Part shown: piece by piece, positions 42,040-55,200 of the stretch | How the letters are laid out: each line of letters opens with the position of its first letter | Numbering within the stretch: position 1 is the stretch's first letter | NCBI RefSeq assembly: GCF_006345805.1 | Contig: NC_043001.1 | Coordinates: 61,628,001 to 61,692,000, forward strand | DNA: 64,000 bases | Direction of reading: 5' to 3' | Source of the DNA: Octopus sinensis | Taxonomy: Eukaryota | Position numbers and translations under genes: made by a program | Notes under the pieces: generated by a model | The model's input: only the letters and a program-made list of their open reading frames with translations | Database searches by the model: none | What the model was told of the DNA's origin: nothing

Positions 42040-42785
42040 AATATAATTATATTAAACAATGTGGATAAACCCTACCAACACGCTAGAAACAGACGCCAAA
42101 TGGTTCTAAACACTGGCTCTAAAAACTACATCTACACTGCGTTAGCACAGGTTGTAAGCAGGCAGATGGAAAATGAATAAGATTTTTTTTTTAATTAATT
42201 GTAGGCCGATTTCTGGCTTAAGGTTGTGAAACTCCTTGACTTCTTCAGTACAATATGCCAAGAGTATATAAATGCAAATATTTATACATACCATACGAAG
42301 AACATATATATGCACGAGCATATACATACATTTACATGTATATACAAGTTACATCTATTTTTTTTACTATCAAGATACTATCACAGCAAATGCAATTTGA
42401 TCAGGAACAAATATAGTTTTTTATACAAGATTAAAGATAAAACCACTTTAATGATTTTATCAAGTGGCCAGCATCAATAAAAAAATTGTACAGGTTACAA
42501 TTTATGCTAATTTAATTATATTAAAGGGTCGGGTAAACGCCACCAGCACGCTTGAAATAGGCGCGAAATGGCTATAAAAACTACATCTACACTCTAATAG
42601 CACAGGTTGTAAGCGGACAGATGAAAAATGATTACGATTTTTTTTTAATTCGGTAATTGTAAATCGATTTCCGGCTTAAGGTTGTAAAACTCCTGATGAG
42701 GTTTTTTAGAGTCATTTAGTGTCTATTTCTAGCGTGTTGGCGGGGCTTATCCGCATCCCTTAATATAATTATTTTATTAAATTAG
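42040..42785. repeat. Diverged direct duplication plus inverted partial copy of a roughly 190-bp unit
   Basis: 42040-42233 resembles 42505-42694, and 42702-42785 is an inverted partial copy. Confidence 0.65.
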
Positions 42786-42804
42786 TGTATGTATATATAT
42801 ATAC

Positions 42805-43180
42805 AGTGAAGGCGCATGGCTCAAGTGAAGGCGCATGGCTCAGTGAAGGCGCATGGCTCAGTGATTAGAGCGTCGAGCTTACGATCGTGAGGTTGTGAGC
42901 TCGAATCCCGGACCGGGCTGCGTGTTGTGTTCTTGAGCAAGGCACTTTATTTCACGTTGCTCCAGTTCACTCAGCTGTAGAAATGAGTTGCGACGTCACT
43001 GGTGCCAAGCTGTATCGACCTTTGTCTTTCCCTTGGATAACATCAGTGGCGTGGAGAGGGGAGGCTGGTATGCATGGGCGACTGCTGGTCTTCCATAAAC
43101 AACCTCGCCCGGACTTGTGTCTAGGAGGGTAACTTTCTAGGTGCAATCCCATGGTCTGTGTCGTGACCGAAGGGGGTCTC

Positions 43181-43181
<1 letters not shown>
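42805..43181 (+). mobile_element. tRNA-derived SINE with a triplicated 5' end
   Basis: agtgaaggcgcatggctc occurs three times, then tggctcagtg (A box) and agctcgaatcc (B box). Confidence 0.8.
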
Positions 43182-43249
<68 letters not shown>

Positions 43250-43857
43250 TATAATCGCCTTGGCTTAACACCCTTCAACGTTTGTTTTTACTGTTTTGTT
43301 CTCACTCTCCTATTCTTGCGGGGAGGACTGTTTCAACGAAGTCGCGTCTTGTAATTACCTTCGAAAAGCGGAGTAGATAAAACAGAGACAACTGAAGAAG
43401 AGGAATATTCTTTATGTTGTATGTCTCGTTTCTCTGTTTGTTTGTTGTTGTTTTTTTCGTTGTTCGAAAAAAGGTTCGTTTCTGTTTTTGTTTTATATGA
43501 AAGAAATGACAGGTGTACAGACCCTTCTGAAGCTTTATGCTTTCGTTTCTCATTGTGTTCAACGTTTTTTTATGTCATGTACCCATATATGCATGTATAT
43601 ATACATATATATGTCGGTATGTACATATATGTATGTATATATGTATATATTTATATATTATTTATATTATTATTATATATATAAGCAATAATAAATCTCT
43701 GAGCGAGGTATAAACAGTAGCTGCACGACATCGTGAAGTATATATGCCATTTAAATGTGGCTAACCCTTAAGGGTGGATGCTACTGTAGCTTGTAGCCCC
43801 ATGATGACATCTCCTCCAGCTGGCTATTGACATACTTTCTGTGCCCTATATATATAT

Positions 43858-44385
43858 GGTCATCCCATCAATAATGCGGATTTTTATACTTTTATTTTTC
43901 AAAATTAAGATAAACAAAGTTCTTTGATCTAAAATATACTATCCTTCATTTTCTACAATGCTCTTCCATCTATCTGGTAGACTTGCAAGGCACCTCTTCC
44001 AAACTTCACTTGCCCCTGATGAAAAATATTCCTCCAGTACTGTTCTGACCTCGTCTACAGAATTCATCCTTTTTCCGAGCAAATGATTTTTCAGACTCGG
44101 AATAAATGATAATGAGATGGGGTAATGTCCGGTGAATGTGGTGGGTGTGGTATCATTTCCCATTCAAACTGTTCCAGCCTTTGAAATGTTACCTTCGCTG
44201 CATGTGGCCGAGCATTATCCTAATGGAAGAACACCTTTCTTCTTGAAAGCAAAGATGGTCGTTTTGTTTTTCTAGCGCTGACTTAAGCCACTAAGGCTGC
44301 TTGCAGTATGTCTGTTTTGTTGTCGTCTGGTTTGGGTTTAAAAGTTCAAAGTGGACTAAACATTTCCTATCCTACCAAACTAATA
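43858..44385 (-). mobile_element. Mariner 3' fragment
   Basis: DNARPH, a decayed HPP-SPD motif, SLKNHLLGK, LPDRWKSIVENEG. Confidence 0.8.
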
Positions 44386-44616
44386 ACAACGAAGACCTAT
44401 AACTATTAAAATTGAACTGCACTCTTCGAAACTTGCACCAAAAATAAGTAAAAGGTAAAATTAGTACCTGCATTTATAGTAAGTTGATGCAGATAGTTTG
44501 TCCCGTCCCCCTCCAACTTTTAGTCCATGCAATTGAAAAAACCGCATTATTTATATATGCATATATATATATCTGTGTGTGTGTGTGTTATGTATGTATG
44601 TATGTGTATATATATA

Positions 44617-44657
<41 letters not shown>

Positions 44658-44687
44658 CAGACAGACAGATAGACAGACAGACAGACT

Positions 44688-44876
<189 letters not shown>

Positions 44877-45274
44877 ATAGACATGTATATATTTATGAGG
44901 GGGTGTCTTTGTGTCTGTCCACCACTGCTTGACAATTTGTTTGGGTGTGCGTACGTCACCGTAACATAGCAGTTCGGCAAAAGAGACTGGTAGAATAAGT
45001 ACAAAGTTTCATTTGTGCGACGAAAATCTCTTCAATGTGCTTCTCCAGCATGGCCGCAGTTAGATGACTGGAACCAGTAAAAGATATATATTCATATATA
45101 CATATGTCCAAGACACCTAGATACTCCGTCGGTTACGACGACGTGTGTCCCAGTTTATCTGTCGAATAGAACAGCCTACTCGCGAAATTAACGGGCAAAT
45201 AACTGACCACTCCACCGATATACGAACGCTTAAGGTATTTGTCATGGAGATTTAGCGTGACAGCTGGCCCTTTG

Positions 45275-45854
45275 AAACAGCGCATGACCTTGCAGGTGGG
45301 GCCAAGTTAGAATTTTTTCTGGTCGAGTAGCCCATCTCGCTCAAAATGTCCCTGAATAAAGATTGTTTAAGGATGTTGAACGAACCACCTATGTTTCCAG
45401 ATGTGAATTATCCAAACCCCAAAGGGATTCCTCTCAACATATAGCTATTTTGCTCCCCCACTACTTCTGCTCATGGTCAGAGATGCATATATCGTCAGCC
45501 ACCAAGGGACATGCTCAACTGGTTAAGGTCAAACAACTGACAAGCAAATCTGTGGTATTGAGCAGAATGTTTGTTGTAGCCCATCTTTTATACCAAGACA
45601 AAACAATGTACATAACACTTCCAATCAGTTAAAATCAGGAGCCATGAGAGCCACTGTCTGCATCATCATACTCCTCATCATCATCATCGTCATCGTTATC
45701 ATCATCATCATCATGGGACCCAGAACGGGGAAGTAAAAAGGTGTGGAAAATAGAACAAGTAATGAGATCAGAGACTAACGTATTCAATGAGTTTATATGG
45801 GGGGTTGTTGCCCCTGCAACAACACCCGTCTAACCCATTCTTTGTTCCGAACAC
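45275..45854 (+). repeat. Local duplication of 48632-49200
   Basis: About 575 bp near-identical, including the (cat)n tract and flanking sequence beyond the repeat element. Confidence 0.9.
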
Positions 45855-47765
45855 GTTTCATCATATCTGAATGGACTGGAGCAACGTGGAATAAAGTGTC
45901 TTGCTCAAGAGCACAACGCGCCGGCGGGTAACGAACTTACGACCAAACGATCGTGAGCCGAATACCATAACCACTAAACCACCATATTAACTTCCTCTTC
46001 TGCTAACATCTCACACTCCATCACGGATGATAACCATGGAAAACAATAATTGATATTTACATGTGTGTGTGTTTGTGTGTGTATGTGTGTGTGTATGTAT
46101 GTATGTATGTATGTATGTATGTATGTATGTATGTATGTATGTATGTATGTATGTGTGTATGTATGTATGTATGTATGTATGTATGTATGTATGACTGGAT
46201 GTGTGTAACACTTACGGAAGGGTACGACAACACAGCTCCATGACAAGAAATTGGTTGATACAACGATTTTAGAGAAAATTGAAAAAGATGCCTAGAATTT
46301 TTTTCTTTAAATTGCCTTCTAATTGTCCAATTCCAAGGAAGATATTATCTACCTGGATTTCAAGCATCGTACTTATATTTTTAAACTGATCGAAAATGTA
46401 ATCTGTGTGGCAGCGTAATCGCTAAATGAGCGTGTTCAAATATAATAGAACCTATTATGAAATAGTTTGCAAAATATGATATTGCGGTTGATCTATATTT
46501 CGGTACATAGCGTAGCTATAATAATAATTTATCCATTGCATGTTTAGCGATGAGTCGAGAACAATTTTGCAATATTATGTAATGATAGAAAGTGTAATGT
46601 CTTTCTGCGATGGCTGTTTATTAAGTTGGGAGCAGAAGTAAATTGTCCAAACAAATTACTGCTATATGGTTCGCTGAAACTATCCAAGGAAATTCTATAT
46701 TTATTTCCGTTGGAAGAAAATAACTCGGGAGCCTTTACTACTTTTATTTGGAAAAAGCTTTCTTTACAAAACTATATATTTATATTAAACGCTCTTTTTG
46801 CATTAGAGCACGTTGTGCGTAAATTACGTAAATAATCATAATTTTATTTGCAGATATCTGAAATTGGAATTTTCACATAAAACAAGAAAATTGTTTTGGA
46901 ATTGTTTAAGTGCAGAAGCTTGTAAAATTATTCGAGTTATTCTATTTTATCCACTGCCAATTATTGATTTGTACGTTGATTGATTTGCTTTATGCAAGAA
47001 CGGAACTTGCTGAGGCAGAAACAAATTTCAAATTTTGTAATTGGAAGCGGCAGAGTATCTAAAACTGAATTAGTGCCTGCAGCAATATATTGTTAATCAC
47101 GCATTTATTTGATTAATCATCCGTGCAAACATCTCTGTTAGGTCTTACGCACCAATGCTTACCAGAAAAACAACATCAATATCACATTTTTATTGATTGA
47201 CTATTTCTTGTCATACATTGGTTAATCTTAGTTTAGCAAAATCAGTTTTTTCATTTGATCACCAAGATTAAACGAAAACCTGTCAGTAGAAATTCATTGA
47301 TGATAAACAAGAATAACATTCTTCAAGCAACAGAGAAGTTGTGTTAGAACAACAGGTATTAGATGTGTAAATCGACCCTTCTTTATTTGTACATGGAAAC
47401 ATAATTTTATTTCCTGGAAAAACGACATTCATAAATATTTTCTCACTGTTACTGTAAGTAGCATATTTGACCATATTTAAAATGAGTTCTACTTTGAAAG
47501 AGCATAACTTTTTTCGGATGCAGCCATGGTTTGAGGGCGAGTTCTCCTTTTTCATTGCATGCTATGTCGTTTTCGTTGGATATGATTATAGAGAACCCAC
47601 GTTTCATCTTATCTGATAGTTCTACCCAGGAAAGGTTCAGTAGTATAGCTACTGTTCAATAACGAGGATAGAATAACTCTTTGAATAACCTGAGAAGCAC
47701 TCAAATTATGACGGTCCCAATAAAGAAATTTAGATACTTTTTATAGTTGTTTTAGGACTTTCCTC

Positions 47766-48212
47766 GTGTGGATACGAGATAACGGGTGCTGGTACCAACA
47801 TACACCGGAAAAGGTAATGGACGAAAAGGGGAAGGCAAAACTCGTCTGGAACATTGACTTCCAAACAGACAAGGTGTTAAAACAACCTTTAGTAACCTTT
47901 ACGATGGACAAAAAGTGCCTAATAATTGACGCGGCAATGCGAGGAGATCAATATATTATAATATAATATGGAGAACTGAGAATTGAAATAGCTAAGATAT
48001 GGCAACTACAAGAGTCAAAGATAATTGTTGTCCCTATTGTCATCAAAGGATTGGGTTCAATACCACCCAATCTGAAAAAAAAAGCATCTTGGAACTTTAG
48101 AAATACCCTACAATCTAAACGTATTGCAAAAATCGACATTACTTAGAACTGCACGCTGTGTGAGGTTATTGTTGTGACCTCATGATATTGGTTACTGTGC
48201 GACGTCTTAAAT
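47766..48212 (+). mobile_element. R4/Dong-like LINE 3' end (restriction-like endonuclease)
   Basis: WYQHTPEKV..KLVWNIDFQTDK..CLIIDAA, VVPIVIKGLGSIP, QKSTLLRTA. Followed by a long (TAA)n tail. Confidence 0.8.
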
Positions 48213-48219
48213 AGTAATG

Positions 48220-48267
<48 letters not shown>

Positions 48268-48341
48268 TAATAATAATAATAGTAATAGTAATAGTAATAA
48301 TAATAATAATAACAATAACAATAATAATAATAGTAATAGTA

Positions 48342-48384
<43 letters not shown>

Positions 48385-48388
48385 TAAC

Positions 48389-48426
<38 letters not shown>

Positions 48427-48458
48427 TAATAAAAATAATAATAACAATAATAATAATA

Positions 48459-48503
<45 letters not shown>
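48212..48503. repeat. (TAA)n switching to (TTA)n: converging tails of two retroposons
   Basis: Trinucleotide orientation flips at about 48460. Confidence 0.85.
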
Positions 48504-49749
48504 GAGTGAGAGAGCCGTGCATGCCATCAAAGTTACACTGGGGTAAAATCATGACTACCCGTTTGATAAGGGTACACCTGGAACATGCATCACAACCATG
48601 TGTGCGCGATATGGTTATCTTATATCGAGATAAACAGCGCATGACATTGCAGGTGGGGCCAAGTTAGAATTTTTTTCTGGTCGAGTAGCCCATCTCGCTC
48701 AAAATGTCCCTGAATAAAGATTGTTTAAGGATGTTGAACGAACCACCTATGTTTCCAGATGTGAATTATCCAATCCCAAGGGATTCCTATCAACATATAG
48801 CTATTTTGCTCCCCCACTACTTCTGCTCATGGTCAGAGATGCACATATCGTCAGCCACCAAGGGACATGCTCAACTGGTTAAGGTCAAACAACTGACAAG
48901 CAAATCTGTGGTATTGAGCAGAATGTTTGTTGTAGCCCATCTTTTATACCAAGACAAAACAATGTACATAACACTTCCAATCAGTTAAGATCAGGAGCCA
49001 TGAGAGCCACTGTCTGCATCATCATACTCCTCCTCCTCCTCATCATCATCATCATGGGACCCAGAACGGGGAAGTAAAAAGGTGTGCAAAACAGAACAAG
49101 TAATGAGATCAGAGACTAACGTATTCAATGAGTTTATATGGGGGGGGGGGTTGTTGCCCCTTCAACAACACCCGTCTAACCCATTCTTTGTTCCGAACAC
49201 ATTGCTTATATAGCCACCGCATACGGCAGTATTAAGTTACTAGGTATACCAATTTACATATTAAACATATTCATGGACCTGGTATGTAAACATTAAAGGT
49301 TTGTAGGTACGTGGTACTTCGTTATGCAAACACAGTATGCTACGAAGTATACTAAATGTTTTTTTATAAGTCTGTACCACACCCTACTGCATCAACAGTG
49401 CTTGTTACATTATTTTTAAGGCTGGTTTTACAAATATTCTATGGAAACTATAGCCAGCAATGATCTTTGCTACAACGTTTTGTATCGAGGTGTCAGATGT
49501 AAACAAGCAATGAGATCGGAGACAAAAGTGGGTAATGAGTGTACGTGCCATATTTCGTGGGTTGTTGCCCTTTCTTTAAATATATCATCGCGGTTGATGT
49601 TAAAAGACACATAAAGATAGACAATATCATAAATATGAAATTGTAAGTGATTAAAACTGATTATAGAAGTAGCCTAAAATTGAAATTATTTTGTTTTATT
49701 AGAAATTCCTAACCAAGGCGAGAAAATGCCGTGAGTTTCGAGTCATGCG

Positions 49750-49995
49750 AGATTACACAAAATGATCGGAAACTAAGAAAGGAAGTTTAACAGAGCACTT
49801 CTTGTGATAATAAAGACAGAAAAGACTAAAACTGGTGATGTATGTTGGTGTGATAAGGATTGTAGGAACCAACCAAATGAGACACGCTTCTGAACCCGGC
49901 CACGGAGATCCAAGTGAGAAGATGGTGCAGCTGCCCAAATATGACAACAGTATTCTACGCAAAGACGAATTGTTGACATGTAAAGATACAAAATG
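49750..49995 (-). mobile_element. CR1/L2/Jockey-type LINE ORF2 C-terminal fragment
   Basis: LYMSTIRLCVEYCCHIWAAAPSSHLDLRGRVQKR. Confidence 0.75.
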
Positions 49996-50321
49996 TCCTT
50001 GGATGTGTGGTAGACCTATACAAAAAAATGAAATAAAAACATGAAGGAATGGGTACCACTGGATAAATAAAATAAAATGCACCAAAAATTAAATAAATTA
50101 GAAATACAAAACCGCTATGAGAGAGAAAGAGAAGCAAGAGAGAGAAAAAGAGGTGGTGTGATAAATTAGAAAAGATAGAGGAAGGTGAGATAAAAGACGA
50201 AACGCAGGTCTGTTACATGCTGTAACGTATGTATCAATAACGACATGTAGCAGAAAGGCTGGGGAAAGAAAAGGTTGATAGCAAACATGGTGGTAGCGAG
50301 GTTATTAGAAATATTCAGGAC

Positions 50322-50391
50322 GAAGGCGGCCAGCTGGCAGAAACGTTAGCACTCCGGGCGAAATGCATTGTGGTATATCGTACGTCTGTTA
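50322..50391 (+). mobile_element. SINE 5' head truncated at the start of the L1/Tx1 element
   Basis: aggcggccagctggcagaaacgttagcactccgggcgaaatgc recalled as an octopus SINE head. Confidence 0.5.
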
Positions 50392-50552
50392 CTGAAAATT
50401 TATTATTGGAGTGTGTTCGTAAGTCTCTATTAATTGTTATATTTCTTGTTGTGCTTATTGTTGGACTTATTGTTGAAAAAATTGTATTATAGTTTTCTTT
50501 CGAAAGCTATCTGTGGTTTTCCCCTGTGGGGGAAAACATTAACTGCCGGCAA

Positions 50553-51720
50553 GATGCGGAAAAGTTCGTGTTCTTCGTTGGGGGACGAATCATCGATTGA
50601 AAGAGAAGCAAAGAAAATAGAAAGCATAATTTTTGACAACGTTTCTGATGTGTCGGAAAGCGAATTTCCAACATTACCAAGAGTTACGAACACCAATAGG
50701 AAGACAGAAGAAGGACCATCCAAAATGAAGAAAAGAAAAGTTTTGCATCAGCGGCTGCTGGTGGAACGCGACAACTGTCAACTGACATAAAAGAATTATT
50801 AAAATATAAAGATATGATAACAAAACGAGATGGAATAGTAGAAGTGGAAATACAGGAAGAAGAATTAACGGAGGAGAAAAAGAAAATCGTTATTTTTAAG
50901 ACATTATGCTTAAAAGCACGTAAAATTGATAAAATATGTGACAAAAAATTTTTAAATGTCTAAAACCCATCTCGCAAGACATTACATATTTAGCCAGAGG
51001 GAAGAAGTTTGGAACCATCATGGTGAGGTTCAAGAATGCAGAAACGGCACAAAATCACTCTATAAAATATTTAGAGTCGGAAGACACTGTTAATCCCAAA
51101 TTATATGGGAATGAGAACGTCAAAAGTGAGAATACCAAGAATTCCGTCCGGAGTAAACCCTATGTGCTTGATGGCGGCGGTCCTGGCAAACAGGAAAGAT
51201 AGTATTAACCCCCTGCAGTCTACCGTCACAGAAAATACTTATTGGACAGGTCAAACGCTTAACATTATATTGCAGGCTGACCAAAAAGTTTTGGAACAGC
51301 TCCCAGAAATTGTGTAAGTAGGGGAGGAATTTACTAAATACTTTTGTTGAGGGGCGTAAGCCCCGATGTTTCCAGTGTGGCCAACTGGGTCACATTAAAA
51401 TATATTGTAAAGAAGGTGTAGAAGATTCAGACGGCGAGGAGGAAGAAAGAGAGAGAGAAACAGAAGAAAAAATAAACAATAAAAGGAAAATGGAAGGATC
51501 GAACCAGCAAAAGCAGAGCGAGCCGAGACCAAATAAAACAGCCAAGAGAGACAGACCGAGGAAGGCGGAGGCGTGACGAACAAAGGAATAGCTGCACTAT
51601 ACAGTAAAAACGAAGATTTAATGCAGGAAATAACAACCAGAAATCAGCAACTCGAACTGTCAGAGAAATATAAAAACTACGAATTTTATGTTTTAGACGA
51701 CAAAAACGTACAATATATTG
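50553..51720 (+). pseudogene. Tx1-type ORF1 (gag-like), frameshifted
   Basis: KPRCFQCGQLGHIKIYC zinc knuckle at 51358-51408, followed by a Lys/Arg-rich tail. Confidence 0.75.
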
Positions 51721-51869
51721 TCTAACACATATAGAAAATCGGTCTCAACATGGAGACTTGATTTTCACCAATCCATGTTTGAAGGCTTACCATCTCCGAC
51801 CCTAAGTCAAGAGAAGGTGGAGAATCCCTCTCCACAATACGCCCCGATCTAAAAGGTAAGTCACGTCTA

Positions 51870-54800
51870 TTCACATTGGTTGTATAAATGTTCGTGCCCT
51901 GATGTCAAGCTGGAAGCAAAGACGCTTCCTAAATGACATCAGGTCGAGAAATTTGGATGTAATTGTTGCAACGGAAACCCGGGTGAATGGGCCAAGAGAT
52001 CTGCCCCCCCCCCTCCTGAACGGCTACGAGAAATACGTTTCTCCGAGTCGGGCGGGAGGTGGGATGGGGTGTTTGTCCTACTAAAAAGAAACTGGGTAGC
52101 CGAGAAACAGTTGGATTTTTCTGACCCAGAAGGCAGGTTGGTCGTTCTTTACCAGACATTCACTTGTGGCAAGACAATCAGGCTGGTCGCTATTTATGCA
52201 CCCAACATTATGGACCCGCAAACTGAATATTTTCGTGAAATAGGCAAGTACCTAGCCACGTCGCATTCGCTATTATTGTTAGGAAACTTTAACTCAATAT
52301 GTGTAGCACACAGAGATTGTGTTGGCTCGATCATGAACAGAAAATGTAACCCAGGCTTCCGAGATCTGCTCAGTCAATTTCAGCTAGCAGATCCATATAG
52401 GTTGGAACACCCAAACACTCCACAGCGGACGTGGTCAAGACATGTCTTCCAGAACATATTCAGATAGGATTTTAATTAGAGAAACAGATAAGTCCATAGT
52501 CGAGTGTCCACAGTTTTTTCTAGTCAGCTACAGTGACCACAAGATGGTTACCCGTAAACTGGCGGTAGATAAGTTGCATAGTCAGGGATCTGGCTACTGG
52601 AAACTCAATATGACCCTTTTGCCGATTGAGGAGTGCAGAATGCGGATCAAGATGTTAATACAGGGGGCATTAACAGGTACCATCATTAATAACAAATGGC
52701 GGTACGCCCTAAAAAGAGCCATCAAATATGAGTCTATTACGTTTAGCATAAGTTTAGCTAAGAAGGGACGTAGGATAGGAGATGGTCTAGCTAAGGAATT
52801 GGAAGAAGCCTGGAGGACTGGTAATGCGGACCAAGCGAGAGTGAAAAGACTGGAGTTGAACCAGCATCTTGAAGCCCAACACATGGGAAGTATTGCCAGA
52901 GCTAAGTTACGTGCGATGGGAAGTGAAGGAATCAAGGCCGCTGGATGGGCCCGAGTGGTGGAAGCTCGGCAAGGAAATAGCTCCTCTATTCGGTCTTTGA
53001 CGAATCAAAATGGTGTCTTGATAAACGAACCCGAGAAAATGTGTGAGGTCTTTCAGGAGTACTTCGCCCAGCTGTTCGGGGGTGACGGCGGTCCTGGTGG
53101 TGGGAGAGCTCTCGAGGACTTTCTTGCCGGGCTGCCGTGCCTCTCGGGGTCGGATGCGGAGTCTTGCGAAGGGCCAATCATGCCTGTGGAGGTGATGGAG
53201 GCTTTGGCCGACTGTAAAGCGGGTAAATCGCGGGGACTTGATGGTCTTCCGTACGAGCTGTATAAATGTATGCCAAACTTGTTCGGGCAACTACTGGCAG
53301 ACGTGTACGTAAACTGGCAACAGAATGGGTTTATCCCCAGATCTGTGCACCGGGGAGTAGTGACGTTAGTCAGAAATGACCCGGACAAGGGGGACGTTAT
53401 AGAGAATTTCAGGCCCATCACTCTGTTAAACGCAGAAGTGAAGATTTTGGCCAAGGTCTTAGCAAAAAGGTTGGCGCGTGTCACGAATGGTATAGTCGGG
53501 GAGGCACAGGCATGTACCATCCCAGGCAGAACCGTTCCGGATACCCTCCATCTTATTCGCTATACCACAGAGAGGGTTGGTAATAAATCTGGCAAAGGTG
53601 GGGCATTGGTACATTTGGACCAGTCTAAAGCTTTTGATAGGGTTAACCGTCGATACCTGGCGACTGTGCTTGCGCGGTTTGACCTGAGCCTTGGCTTCTT
53701 CAGGTGGTTTATCGCTTTGTACCACAACATTGACTCGATAGTTCGGGTGAACGGTTTCCTTTCGAAGCCGTTCTGCATCAGACGCTCGGTTCGCCAAGGA
53801 TGTCCGCTCTCACCAATTTTGTATGTGATGGCTCTCGAGCCCTTACTGCGACGGTTGAGTGGCATCCCGAGAGAACCAGGTCTAGAAGAGTTTGTTACAG
53901 CTTACGCGGATGATATCACTATCAGCGTAACCTCAGTAGCACGCCTACGTGAAGTGGGTAAGACTATTGGGGCTTACGAGGAGGTGGAAGGAGCAAAGAT
54001 TAACCGGGGAAAGTCGGTCGGCTTGCAGCTGGGCACCTCGGTTGGCAAGTCGATGCCTTCAGACAGCGTTGTTGGGCGCTGGACGGAGGGACCGGTTAAG
54101 TGCTGGGGGTTTGGTTTGAACCAGGTCTTCAGATAGAGTAGAACTGGACGGACGTATTGAGTAGGGTGGCTGCAGTAGTCAAGACCTGGTCTTGGCGGTG
54201 GCTATCCCTGAAATGGAGAGCGGAGGTGGCCAATGTGTTTATCGCATCAGTCATAACCTACCGCCTGACCGTCGTGCCCTGTCCGGATTTATGTTTGATC
54301 AGGTTGGAGAGACAGCTCTTTCGCTTTTTGTGGAAGGGCAGGTCGCCACTTGTGAAGTGCTCTGTCTGCTGTCAAAAGCCTTTAAAGGGAGGTTTAGGGA
54401 TGCCTTGGTTAATGATGCGCAGGCATGCGTTGAGGTTGAGGCACCTCTGGATTCTCCTGGATAGTGAACGGTAGTGGTCTCCGCTGGCCAGATGTTTCCC
54501 GTGTTCAAAAGTTTTTGCGAACAGAAAGCCTGGTGTTCTCGTAGACCGAGGTCGAGTAAGTGGCATAAAGCGTGCCGTAAGGCCTTCTTGCTATTCAGGC
54601 GCTCGGGCAACGCCAGTGGTGGGGGTTCCACACGGATTTTATATAGTGGGTTGGTAGAGTCTGAATGCGACGATAGCCTGGAGTCGACTCTAGGTCTCGG
54701 ATTTATTCAACTGGACAGCCTGTTTCACCGTACATTCGGGTTGAGAATGTTGGACAACTTCCAAAAGTCCTTAACTTGGCAATGCTACAGAGGTGCCTTG

Positions 54801-55200
54801 CCCGTTTGGGAAAAGTTTGCAAGACATGGTAAACGTCAGTCGCCGATCTGTCCAAGATGCGGGGGTGGACAGGGAAACCGGTCCTTCGCGCTATTGTTCA
54901 GTGTCTGAGGATAACTGAAATGAGGGCTTATGCTGAATACCTGTTGTCCGGCGGCGAAGGAAGAGTACAGCTGTCGACTGAGTCAATTATAAAAATTGAC
55001 CTACCGGGAGTTTTAACGAACGAAGGTAAGAATTGTTTTCTCACGGTTGTAGCAATAGCAAAAGTGGCAGTATGGAAGACTAGGATAAAAGGAATTAAGA
55101 CCGGCAACTTTATCTCTGGCCACAATTTATGATCATTTTTTTCTTTTCATTTGAAAAGGAAACTGTGGCTGGAGAAGAGATGTCTGTCGGAGTGTATAAT
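51870..55200 (+). pseudogene. ORF2: apurinic endonuclease plus reverse transcriptase, frameshifted (longest piece 52442-54136)
   Basis: IGCINVR, ATET, IYAPN, GNFN, SDH (APE). YWKLN, GLDGLP, FRPITLLN, LDQSKAFDRV, VRQGCPLSP, YADD (RT). GGLGMP and CPRC. Confidence 0.95.

Noticed and set aside
42693-42720. CTGATGA suggesting a hammerhead
   Set aside because: No stem II or GAAA follows, and it lies at an inversion junction.
47283-47612. Cys-rich 90-aa minus-strand ORF and an overlapping alternative frame
   Set aside because: No recognisable domain, signal peptide or convincing splice structure. Compatible with chance.
52594-54631. Several 100-155 aa minus-strand ORFs
   Set aside because: Antisense shadows of the GC-richer LINE ORF2.
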